NCBI GenBank assembly: GCA_002633005.1
Contig: NMRA01000648.1
Coordinates: forward strand, 167,909-228,535
From: Phoronis australis
Taxonomy: Eukaryota > Animalia > Phoronida
Length of the DNA: 60,627 nt
Reading direction: 5' to 3'
This document shows positions 27,381-39,291 of the stretch, one piece after another. A program made the translations under genes and the position numbers. Each line of letters opens with the position of its first letter. Within the stretch, counting starts at the first letter, position 1. The notes below the pieces were generated by a model. That model did no database searches, was not told the origin of the DNA, and saw nothing but the letters and a program-made list of their open reading frames with translations.

Positions 27381-27646
27381 GCTTTTGTAAAATTCCATCT
27401 TTATTACAACTACTCGACGTTTCACAACTTCCACTGAGCTGTATTACCAAGAGAATGAATACACACAACATGCAAAACATATGGCAGGAAAATTACAGAG
27501 ACTATCTGAATAGCTGTATGTAATGTAATTGTAATTTTTCTGCCCTATGTTGTGCATGTCATGTGTATTCATGTTCTTGATAATACAGCTCAGTGGAAGT
27601 TGTAAAACGTCGAGCACTTGTAACAAAGATGAAATTTTTGTAAAAC
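27381..27646. repeat. Long imperfect inverted repeat (about 117-bp arms, about 32-nt spacer) downstream of the ATP8B stop
   Basis: 27381-27497 versus the reverse complement of 27530-27646, including exact ACAACTTCCACTGAGCTGTATTA / TAATACAGCTCAGTGGAAGTTGT. Confidence 0.88.
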
Positions 27647-28218
27647 ATTGATAGCCAATTTTAAGCTCAATATAACTTTGAAGCTGCATTCCCCAATTTA
27701 GGTGGCTAAAAATCAATAGCTGAATGTTATTACTCTCATAAAATTATCTCACAATGTTCCATATGGCAAGTTCTAATTTCATAACCAAAATGCTTATAGC
27801 AATCATCAGTTTCTCAAGACTTTATTGGTGTTGGCCAACAGTAAAATCACGAATTCATAAATGGGTATGCACTTATTGACCGTGATCTCGAGCTGTTGGC
27901 TTATTCGGCAACATCTGAAGGCCAGACAGGTGTGGTGTTTTTAAACCCCTAAACACCTCAGTTAAAAAAATCTGTTTTTCAGCTAAACAGCTGCAACATG
28001 TAGCTTTAAATAACATTACGGATTCACTGTTTAAATCTCGTTGGATGTTGTTGAATATGGCTACCCAGCTTAGTTTTTCTGTTATACCATGCAGCCAGCT
28101 GGATGGAGTTCATTGGCTTTATCCAAGGTTAGATTCGTCACTGTAAACTCCAGCTGGAAGTTGACGATATTGACTATACCTTGTTATTGATGTGTTTGGC
28201 TTTAAATTGTTGGTGATA

Positions 28219-28444
28219 CAGTAAACTCTCACCAATTTTGAACCAAAAAATTGTGAAAAACTTTATTTTTCAAGGATTTTCGAATAATCACAATTTTCTA
28301 AAATGTTGCCCAGTGGCAGACATGCTACAGAACTTGATTATGGCATAGCGTCATTTTGGTACTTTGCGTCATTTATGGAAAAATGAGCAAATAAAATTTT
28401 ACCTGTTCACCATCTTGCATCTTAAATTGGTGAGACTTTTACTG
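28219..28444. mobile_element. Tc1/mariner (pogo-like) MITE, 226 bp, TA target duplication
   Basis: TA|CAGTAAACTCTCACCAATTT ... AAATTGGTGAGACTTTTACTG|TA. Confidence 0.75.
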
Positions 28445-29987
28445 TACTTGGATATTGAGTGATATGTCATGACTGTTGTAGGTAGTTTTGCTTTCTCATC
28501 TGTGACCCAATATCTCAAGACAATCAATCACAGTTGAGAAGATTCAATCCTCACACGGGTCACCTGTTGTTGATCGGTTTCGACGCAGCCATTGTGTGAA
28601 AATAATATCTTAAATAGTTTATGTTGGAACTGCCATAACTAACCAGATCAAAATTGCAAATATCTGTAACAAGTCTGTTTGGGTTGGTATGGTATCAAAC
28701 CAATTGCTGGCATAGAAATGGCAGGTTTCATTTCTTCCAAGTGTTCACAAAAGCGTAGACATCAACTATTTTTCAGGGGTTCGTCCAGAGCTACATTCGC
28801 CCACTGGAAATGACTTTGTTGCAATTGAGTGTTTAAATAATCTGTTGTCTATATTCTCTAATCCCACAGGGATTTTCACGTTAGCACTGTGTTTGTCAAA
28901 GGCTTTATTTTGTACAGTTACATATTCAGGAGGTCGTATTTTGGAAATTTAATGCTAAGATGATATTTTGTATGACAAAATATTTTAGATTATCAAATGA
29001 CTATTAAAATTTACTGTATCAATAGTTGGACCACGTGATCAACATATTTTGACAGAAGCCAAGAATCAACACTATGCTCTGCAAATGTCATCGAGGGGTG
29101 TACTGTGATGTTCCTCAAAGCTTAGGTCGATTTCTTTAATTTGAAAATTACTTGAGAAATAAATGAATATTTTATTTCGAGACAGGCATGACCTACAGGG
29201 TGGTGAACTATTATATTTCAGTGTGAATTTTACAGCTTTACCATAAATTCTGTTGCTATAGATCTACCACATACCGAAGTTATCACGATGTTACAGAGGC
29301 AATAAACCGTTGCCTTCTACCAAAATCCAACTTTTGATTTAGGCCACTTTATAAAATCTGCCTTGTGGTGTTATTTATTGCCCTTAGGAGATTTCTAGGC
29401 TTCAGTGGAACCAACAAGTCGTCTACTTTCAGGCCATGCCCATTAAGTTCCCATGGATGTATGAATGTCGGGTAAATTTCAGGTGATCTATTGTAACCCA
29501 TTGTAGCTCAAACACATAAGAACAAAATGACCAATTACGAGATGTTGTTTTGCAAGAGCAAATATGTCGGTGAAGAAAGACAATGTTTTTAATGCCAGAA
29601 CAGTTTATACGGGCGTTATAATTGAACTAGGTATTGCTAATTTTTGACGTAAATTTTGATGTTGACAAAATACTGATTCCTAAATATTTTATTGCCGTAG
29701 CTCATTTGTTGTTGCATTACACTGTGGCATTTGTTTGAGCGTCTTATAGTAAATTATTTTAACACTTGTAGACAAAAATAAAACTATTTTAAACAAAATA
29801 TTGTGTAGTGATGGCTATTTTATAGAGATGTAAAAATGGAATTACTACTCTTGTAGACAATTCTTTATCTATAATTTTAATCTAGTCTTATGGACATTCT
29901 TAACCAGGATCATGATTTTGTAAATATATCAATACAATGTCTCTTTACAGTTCTTGAAATAAAGACTTACGAAATTTTGTTTAAGCA

Positions 29988-29993
29988 TTTATT
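29988..29993 (-). terminator. Candidate polyadenylation signal of MRPS30
   Basis: TTTATT on + strand (AATAAA on -), about 655 nt downstream of the MRPS30 stop. Confidence 0.4.
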
Positions 29994-30647
29994 TTGCTTT
30001 TATAACTTGCATCCGAGCAAACACTGAAATTCCCTCCCACAATGATGTGCGTTGTAAAGTCCACTAAGTTAACAGAGTGGGTGCAATTTGACACAAAAGA
30101 TTGGAAAAATATGTCATTATCTGTTATGCAAATAAAAAACTTGACACACCCTTTATGGAATAGCGCCAATGCTTTCCACACAACACGCGGGTTAGTGTAC
30201 GCCGAGTACGTAGATTTCAGGAAAGTAGACCAATTTCATCAAGGTGTATGAAACTTCAGGCAAAAGCAAGAGAGACAGCCAAAACTATACTTTTGCTTTT
30301 GAGTGACTTTGTCAACATTTGACTTAAGACAGTCGTGGCAACTGAATTTAACAAGGAACTCGACTCAAAAACTGACAAACTGCATGCCATGCTTCAAATG
30401 TCATTTCTAATTTCACCCACTGTAATTGGCCATTTTTCAAATAGAGTCTCGAATGAAGTATGGTGCTGCGGGCCCCAGGTTTGAAATGGAAAATCCAGCC
30501 AGACTGGACTAACAGTCCTGAGCTTATGACTCAATCAACTAAATATCTTAACACCTCCCCGGCTGGTTGTTGCTACATACGCTCAAAAACTTGCAACCTG
30601 TGAACAGTCCATTTGTCACCGAGGACCAAAATGGCCTTTCCTTGCAC

Positions 30648-33600
30648 TCAAACATATCCTTGAACGGAACCCTCCAAGAACTCTGGATAGGGACACCAAC
30701 GCGGGTACTTGGGTCTATATGGAAAAAAATCCTTGAAATCCCGAGTGACTGGGTTAAATTCGGCTGACAAAAATGGTCTCAAGTTCACTTCCTCATTCTC
30801 CACTGGTGTCCTAGCAACAAACTTGACCAAATTCCTCAAAGCTTCAGAATTAAAGCCCACAACACCGTCGCGACCAATTTCATCGTAAAGTTTCACACGA
30901 TCTGTATACCAGCAGAGATTATGCTTGGGCTCGGCATTCTGGTCTTTGAAAAGCTGCAGCGTGTTGAGTTGGTAGATGTAAAATGACCAGTGCTGACCAT
31001 CCGTGTTGACCGTTTGAGTGACTAGTGGATAGGTCAACTCCTGGTACATGTTGAAGCCTGGGAAATGAGAAATCAACCAATTGAAAATAGTATCTCAGTG
31101 AAATAAAAAAACACTAAGTGGCCATTCAGATGAACATTACAATTTAAAAATACAAAATTTTCGTTAAATGCCCACGAGGTTACATTTTTGTCAGCTACTT
31201 CTCATGCAAAGGATAAATAAAACACCGCAGAATACACAATGCGCCCACGAATGCACCGCAAATGAAGTGCTTCTAGAGTTGTTCACTTCTATCATAAACA
31301 TGGCCACTAGATGGTGCAACACGTCCAATCCATCTGAAAACGGTACATGTCATAACTTCTTTAATAGAACGCTATTCACCAAATTTCATACAAATCTGTC
31401 AAGGAACTTCAGAGAAACAAAGGAAAGCGGAAAAAAAATGAAATTCCAACTAGAGGACACAGCTTATGCCTCAAAGTCTTCGTCTATTGTTAGCTTCATA
31501 TAAATACACTTACTAAATTTAATAAAAATTCTGCAGTGGGTTTAGAAGATACAGCTATGGCTGCAAAACAAAATAAAATCACCACTAAGAGGTGCCACAG
31601 TAACTGAAGTTGTCAGCGTAACCGTCCTCTTCACACTAAGTACACGCCAATTTTCAAAGTCATCCTTAGAAAGGTTTGCTTGACAGAGGGGTGGATGCCA
31701 AAAAAACAGACTCGAAAACAGTAAGTATGACAACTAGGTAGCGCAAAATGCCGTGAATTCATATGAAAATGGAAGGACAGCGTAACCGCAACAATACATG
31801 CCTATATTCCAAATTTTATGAAACTCCATTGAGGACATTTGAATGTACAGAGGTAAACATAAAAAACTAAAATTGCCACTAGGGGCGACACTGGAGGTCA
31901 AATCCGTGCGAAAGTCGTCGTTGTTTGTTGTCAAAACCATGTAAATATGCTTTCTAAATTTAGTAAAGATCCTGCAAACTGTTTAGGAGATACAGTAATG
32001 GGAGCAAAAAAAACACAAAACTGTCACTAGGAGGCGTCATAGTAGTCAAAGTCGTCGCAAAATAATCATCTGCCATCCTCTTCATGGTAAGAACATACAT
32101 GCCAATTTTCACAATCATCCTTGGAGACGTTTGGTTGATAGAGGGGTGGACGCCAAAAAACAGACTCGAAAACAGTAAAAATGGACACTAGGTAGCGCAA
32201 ATTATGTCGAATCTATTTGAAAACGAGGGAATAGCTTCATTTCACTAATAAATGCCTAAATTCCAAATTTTATCAAACTACGTTGAGGACTTCCGAAGAT
32301 ATAGAGGTAAGTATAAAAAACTAAAATTGCCACCAGGGGGCACACCGGTAGTCGGAGAGGTCCGAAATTTGTCGTCATCCGTTGTCAGCTTCATAGGAAC
32401 ACAACTGCCAAATCTCATCAAGATCCTGTGAGGGGTTTAGGAGATACAGCTGCGGACACCGGACAGCGGACGCCCGGACAGACAGAGATGACGGCAATAT
32501 GCGACCACATATAAATATGTGGGCGCATAAAAATGCAGCGTCACTGTACGATTACAGAAGTTTTGTAGGACAGGTATCGAGAGCCACCTAAAAATCCTCC
32601 ATTTGGGTGCAGTTCTACACAAGCAGGACTTACAGCAGTGTCTACTGTTTACAACTGTGTTGTCAAGTACTGTGTTGTTGTGCAATGTTAGTTTAGATTA
32701 CTCACAAAAGCAAAAACGTAAACAATGTAAAACAGTTGCACTTGAAAGAAAACGTGTTCCAAATGTTGCGTGTTGCCCCCATTCTTGTATGATTGAACTA
32801 GTTTTTGAAAGGCACAGAACTATTATCGTGTCTACTCGTCTTCTCATAGTTTTATGTGAGTATGCTGTATGAAAGAGTATTTATGCAAGACAGCAATGAC
32901 CAAGCAGCAGTAAGACAAAAGACAATTACCCTATGGATAGACAGCAGTGTGGGTAAGTATCAGCGTCAAGAATGGTGCCATGGCCTTTTTGGATGTGGCA
33001 ATAAACTTCAAAGTCAAACTGATGAAATACAAATATTACATGAATCTTTTGGTAAAACGAAACACAATACTCTAATCCTGTGAGCAATACCTCCTGGAAT
33101 ATGAACAGTCTCCGACAGCTTTAAACTTACCCAAGTAATGGGCCTGTGCCACGAGCGAAGAAAACCCAGAGAGCATGCCGAGACCGGTGACCATTTGACC
33201 GACCTCCTCTGTCGAGTACCTCCTGGACAAGGGACCACTCCTACCACTATAATCATTCACCAACACCGACGTGAACTGGCACGGATCACCGACACGAAAA
33301 CCTGGAAAAAGCAGAGTGTTTTTAAAGTAGTACATTAAAAAGCAACTGACGCCATTTTCTGGCCTTAACCTGCTCTTTCCTCCAATTAGAATAATCTCTG
33401 GACAGTTCATTATTGATCGAGACCACAACGTGATGCATCGTGGCAAATTAAGTACAAGTCTAAATATGAACGCTTTTTGACAAAAGGCAGCACTATAAAC
33501 ATCAAAAACGAGAAAGATGCTGTGGTGCAGGAAAATGAATATCAACAACTTCAAAAAATAAGACAACATAACAACTTAAAAAGAGCAAATACGGAGTGTT

Positions 33601-36600
33601 GAAATGCACCCACGACTGCACTGCAGACGGTGTGCTTCTATTGATATTAGATGGCGCAAAATAAGTCAAATCCGTCTGAATTGAGAAGGTGGTGCCGTCT
33701 CTGCAATACCTAAATATTTGTCAAATTTCATGAAAATAAGCTATAAAGGAACTCCTAAGATATAGAGGCAAACATAAATAACAACTGACTTTAGGGGGCA
33801 CAGCTATAGCCTGACTTGTCTGAAACTGAATGTCATCTGTTGCCAAATTTCACAAAGATCTTCAAACGGTTAAGGAGATACAATAATAGGTGCAAAAAAG
33901 CAAAATTGCTTCTACAGAGTGCCAGAATAGTCTAAAACTTCTGAAAATCAATGTCAGCCAGGGTTTTCGCATAAGGAACACAACTGCCAATTTTTGTAAT
34001 GATCATTTGTTGCGTGCTTTGGCAGAAAGAGTTATACGTCAAAGACATGCGCATACATTTTTAAATGGCCACAAGGTGGTGCAGAAACCATCAAATCTGT
34101 CAGAAAATGGGAAGGCGCTGTTGCCTCTTTAATAGAAACCTTTTGCTGAATTTCCAGAAAATACATTAATGGCTGAATTTCATGGAAATCCATCAAGGAA
34201 CTCCAAAGATGCAGAAGCAAACTTAAACATTGCCACTAGGGGGGATAGCGGTATTCAGATCGGTCCGAAACTCGTCGTCATCTGTCATCAGCTGCATAGG
34301 AACACACTTGCCATATTACAATAAGATCCTGCAAGGGGTTTCGAAGATGCAGCAGTGGATGCCAGATGCCAAGACAGAGATGACGGCAATATGCACCTAA
34401 ATATAAAGATTTGGGTGCAAAAAAATAAATGTCAATGACAGCAAAAAAAAATTTATAATGACATTGTCACCGATTGCCTTTTTTTCTTTCTAATTTAATC
34501 TTCTTCACATTATAGTGGAAAAGCCGGAAAACGAAAACAAATATTTGAATACGTAAGCAGTGTATCTATTGAAGTTGTATTATAGCAAACAGAGGGCGCT
34601 GTATTCTCACATTTTACAGTGGTCATCGTGACCTTTCGTTGTTTAGGCTTTTTGATTAGGGCCTCGTCAAGAGATTATAATTCAAAAGCAACATATGCAG
34701 ATATTACAATTCAATCGCAGCTAGCTGCCAAAACACATTACCTGGTGACAACTTATTTGCAATGTGGCTTTCTGTAAACTGACCAACGGTCTTGGGACTG
34801 TAATCAAAGGTGAAGGGTTCATCACCCTGGCAACCAGCGTTGCCCATGTCCTCAACCTGCAGAAATAAAGTGGAAGCTGACCCTGAGCAGAGTACAAACT
34901 TGGTTGCCAGACAAATTAAGAACTTAGAGGTTGGAACAGTAAACACTATGACATAATGATCAATTTTTTCAACTTCATCTCAGTTATAGCACAATTAAAA
35001 ATGGAAACCAGGCAGAAGTAGCAATAAAACACTCAAAATTTTGTCCAAAACTTTGCTCCAAAAATTTTGTTGAATTCTAATGCTTGGTCAAAGTGCAGAC
35101 ACATTTTCAGGTCGTTAACACCAGATGAAACTAACAACTCACCGGCGGTAATGGGAATTCAGTGCGTATCTGCTTGGAGACATTGAACTCCGACACAAAT
35201 CTCACATGACCACGAACATCCCGCCCTCGGACTTTGACATCATCGGGGAACCCAGACACCTGCCAACTGGCTTGCACATCAACGTTACTGTCCACCTGAG
35301 CTCTCAATAGATGGCACTGTTCCCCACACAGAACACTGACCACAATGTCTACGATACGTCCAACTAAATAACGTTGCAGTACAGATTCGATCATTACTGG
35401 TGGATACTGACATGTGACATGGTCCCGCTCCAGCCTATACATTTCCTCTTCCAGGCACTGTTCAACAAGCATGGAAATGAGTTCTATTTTGTCATCTGCA
35501 ATCTCCAAAGAAGAATAAGTTTCTGGTAAGCCATTCTTAAGGTGTGTTCTTGTAATGAACTGTTGATAGGGCAAAACACCGACATTCTCATCTAGCGAAC
35601 GCACCTTCCATTTCGGCGCTGCTATTACATCATTATTTAGTTCAATAAGTCGTTCACGAAGTCGAGGCAGTGACTTAATTCTCTCGCCTTCATCATACAT
35701 TCGCCAGGCGTGTTTCTCCAACATTTTTCCCCATGCCCCTGGGGGATACCTGGGCTTTACAGAGGGGTACTGAACTTCCTACAAACAAAGAATATAACTA
35801 ATGAGCGGATGGGATTATCAAAATGTAGCATATTGCAGTAGCATAGCTGCAGGTTTGGAAAGTGAATTAACCGGCAAATGCACGGCTGGTTCCCGGCAGC
35901 ACGTACGCAAAGGGCGGGAACTTCAGCTTTCAAAGTTCGCTGGTAGGATCGCAACTTCTGACCTTCGGCCTGGTTAAAAAAAAATGAAAATTTTGATTTC
36001 ACGATTTTGGGAACTGAAATAGGGAGTGCTCGAAGAAAAAGTTTCATAACGGGAGTATTTGTTCGAGTTGGAAGAACTTAAACACATCGACAACCTCCTA
36101 AGGTGTTCGTCTATGCGCAAAAGGTAGTTATAACAACGTGGCTTTGATAGTTTAGTCGGTGCGAGGCATGATTCGCCGAAAAGCTTCCGGCGTACAGAGC
36201 ACCTATAGCCTCTACATCGCCTCTGGTTCGGGCCAACAGAGGCGATGGTCATTGCCTAGCTACATACAAGTCGGCTTTCAGTTTCAGACAAACGGAGGAC
36301 ATTTCATTGGTTTTTCAGATATTCGCTTCCAACCTGACGAACGCCAGGAAGACCTATATCAGCGAATCATGTCATTCATCGAAGACGATTTGCTTGGCAC
36401 GGACAACACGATTCTACATCATGGAATATTTGGCAAGTTAATCGAAACTAAAGTGGTTCGGTAGCCAAAAACCGACTGCCGACGCGGTTACGTGTTCCTT
36501 CGACAATAGTTACGATTCGGAAAATTTGACATAAATAAACCATTGAACCTTTTCTGCCTCTTCTTCTGTAGTTTTTGGGGAAGGGTAAAGTTGCAGACAA

Positions 36601-36680
36601 CGAGTAAGTAGCGATGAATTTGCATTTGAGTTTTTGGTCAAAGCCAGCAACATTCGTCTCCCAAGCATGGAGGTCGCCAT
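30648..36680 (-). CDS. MRPS30: Mitochondrial large-subunit ribosomal protein mL65 (MRPS30/PDCD9); 5 exons, about 487 aa
   Basis: Minus-strand exons: 36549-36680 (MATSMLGRRMLLALTKN..., presequence-like; donor AAG/gttcaa is weak), 35143-35778, 34742-34856, 33131-33301, 30648-31057 (TGA); total 1464 nt in frame. Segments GDPCQF, LVAQAHYLGF...ELTYPLVTQTVNTDGQHWSFYIYQLNTL...NLCW...LYDEI...GFNSEAL resemble the MRPS30 C-terminal region as I recall it. Confidence 0.88.
31215..32533. mobile_element. Helentron/HINE (DINE-1-like) non-autonomous element in MRPS30 intron 4
   Basis: Terminal hairpin ATATGCGACCACATATAAATATGTGGGCGCATAAAAA preceded by (GGAC/AGAC)n-like tract; internal subrepeats with GCCACTAGGGG and AAATTTCA motifs; homologous to 33560-34425; left boundary approximate. 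Confidence 0.6.
33560..34425. mobile_element. Second Helentron/HINE-like element in MRPS30 intron 3
   Basis: Shares ATGCACCCACGACTGCAC...GTGCTTCTA head and GACAGAGATGACGGCAATATGCACC...GGGTGCAAAAAAA end with 31215-32533; left boundary approximate. Confidence 0.6.
36270..36430 (+). pseudogene. Short remnant resembling the gag-like region of an invertebrate LTR (Gypsy-type) retrotransposon, in MRPS30 intron 1
   Basis: Translation FQTNGGHFIGFSDIRFQPDERQEDLYQRIMSFIEDDLL...ILHHG resembles, from memory, the FQSTGAHF...ERPEDLYQRL..F.EDNLL...HHG pattern of invertebrate retroelement polyproteins; not verified by search. Confidence 0.45.
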
Positions 36681-37495
36681 GTTGAATAGGCAATCATCAG
36701 GGGAAATAACTTCTTACATTTATTTTCTCGAATGGCCACTATAATCACGCAACGCGGCTAACGTCTCTTATATGGTACAGGCCAGGCTGAGTCCCACTGC
36801 GGGCAGATCGATCTGTTTGTTTCACCATAAGACGACAAAAAATTGTGGAGTGGACTAGACAACACAAACTGAACAGAAACTCGTTACTTAGAGGGGCAAA
36901 TACAGTGCAATCGCCTGTTGACGGATATAAAACCGGCCAAGAGTACCGTGAGTACTGAGGCCATGTCCCACCGTGACTGAGCCATGAGTCGACTCGGCCG
37001 TCGTTGACGACTCATCAAAACAATTCGTTGACAACTCATCAAAACAATTTCTCGCTTAAAATTACAAACCCATTCAACATTTCCTACGAATTACTTTTGG
37101 GAATGTATTTCGACTGCTTGATAGTATAAAAGTCTCTCATAATAACGACGATGAATTTCTACAGTAATCATAGAAATATATTTTCTTTTAAATTACTAAT
37201 TGATAAGAAAATTGTGTGTTATTATTGCTCAATGACACTTACGAAATCTAACACTACATAAATGCACTGGTTCTGTTAAAGATCCTGTTGAAGTTACACA
37301 ACTAAAGAAACTTGAGGAAAAAATGTTCAAAACAAAACGTCAAATTAGTATCACATCAGACAACAACATGTATCAACCCATGCATAAACTCTGTAAATCC
37401 GAATAAACGATAGCCGTGGGCGGCGCATCATAGGGGGCTAGGGGGCTATAGCCCCACTTTTTTCAGTGCTGTGCCGCCCATAATAGTGACTTAAC

Positions 37496-37658
37496 CAAGG
37501 GCGGATCCAGGATTTTGAGTTGGGCGGGGGGCAGGGCAGAATATTAACCAGGATTTTGCTAGTGACGGAGACATTCGCACCCGGCCCCTGAACTGGCCAA
37601 GCGGAATTTAGGACTGAGAATTTTAGGGGGGCATGGACACCCTCTAAATCCGCCCGTG
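37496..37658. mobile_element. Small GC-rich MITE (CAAGGGCGGATCCAGG ... ATCCGCCCGTG)
   Basis: Imperfect TIRs of the CAGGGGCGGATCC type with G-run interior; TSD not clear. Confidence 0.45.
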
Positions 37659-38849
37659 ACTGTTAACACTAACTTTCACCACTGGACTTAATTCATGGCG
37701 TTTCTGCTCAGTTCTTATGCCACTGGAGCCATACTCATCGAGTCCTGTTTCATGACATACCACATTCACCACCAAAAAGAAGTGTCCTCGTGCTGTGACG
37801 CAATGTGTTGCCGTCAAGCTCACTGTAAGTTCCGTGAAACATTTATCGCACGGATAGCAGGATACTCACTGATTTGACTTTGGTTCCTGAGCACGATGCT
37901 TCATGTTGTGTTTTCTTGCAAAAAAGTCTTTACGCATGCAACATGTCAATCTAAGTAGCTGGGTAACTTTTTTTGAGTTTTCTAAGCTGCACTACATCCG
38001 AAAACCGGCAGGGCAGCTCAGTGAACAAGCGTTCTCTCAATGCAAGCAATGGCATTTTAAAAATAACTTACGGCCTTAGTTTAAAGTTGAGTATCACCTA
38101 CAATCCTTTGTGAATCCTACGGATAACGAAGGGTAATATTTTAAAGCACACAAATCGTCTCCCGAGTTCAAAATAACGGTCACTGTCAGAACTGAATAAG
38201 TCAGTGTAGGCCTATCACTCAAGTAACCTTCAGGATTTATGTCGGGGTTATTTACTTGAGTATAATGCACGTGCTGAAGTTTCTCGATCGTTTTCTGCTA
38301 TTAACTGTCGAAGCACACATAAGTAGTAGAATTAAAAACGTACATTTAGTACTATATACTTGAGGTTCATGGCAATAGGGCCGTCCCGGATTACACAGTG
38401 ACACTCGAATCTCGCTGTATTTACCCACAATGCCGTAAACATTCGTCAAGCATTATGTTGCCTCGTTTTCGAGCCATTGTAGTTTCACATGTTATTTGTT
38501 GTTGTCTGATTCTTTACAAGTTTTTCTCGGTTGCGTTACTCTATTCGTTCTTCTCAGGCTAACGAAGTATTAAGTGTTGTGTTGTGGGCTATAACACCGG
38601 CGTGAAAACGTTTTATAAACTGGACAAATACCCGTTGATGCGTGATCAAAAATTCTTTGCCTTGATCCCGACATTAATGAGAGACACGGAAATGTGCCTG
38701 ATTTCAAAAACTAGATCACGTACTTCCTTATTTCCATAATAACGGCGAATAAAAGTCATCATACAAACACTTCCTGTTGAGTGACAATATCTGACGAGTG
38801 CAGTTTTCAAATGCAAGTTCTAAGCTACAGTTACTGACGAGTGCCGCAA

Positions 38850-39291
38850 GCGTGTCAGTTTGCGTTCTTTCCAGGAATCGTCAAGAAAAGATGGAAAACT
38901 ATACCTCGACATAGTTGTTCTCAATGCAGAGTAAAGAATCGTTATCAGATAAATACATGCAAGGTTGGTTACATTTAATTCAACAGACATCACAACAGTC
39001 GCGTTTCAGATTACACTCTTTCCAAGAATAGTCATGAAAAAATGCATGGAAAACTGTGCCTCGGAGTTGTTGTTCTCAATGCAGGGTAAAGAATCGTTAT
39101 CCGATAAATACATACATGTATACGTACACAAACGTTCTCTTGTACTACACAAGGTTGATTGCATGGAATTTAACTGACATTACAATGGTCGCGTTTTAGT
39201 TTGCGTTCTTTCCAAGGATTGTCATGAAAAATGCTTGAAACGTTGTTGCCAGAAATTGTTGTTCACAATGATGGGTAAAGAATTGTTATCA
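38850..39291. repeat. Three diverged tandem copies of a 150-190 bp unit
   Basis: TCTTTCCA.GAAT.GTCA.GAAAA ... GTTGTTCTCAATGCAG.GTAAAGAATCGTTATC repeated at about 38865, 39017, 39206. Confidence 0.8.

Noticed and set aside
35131-35724. 197-aa minus ORF as a stand-alone gene
   Set aside because: It is part of MRPS30 exon 2 (35143-35778), bounded by splice sites in frame with the neighbouring exons.
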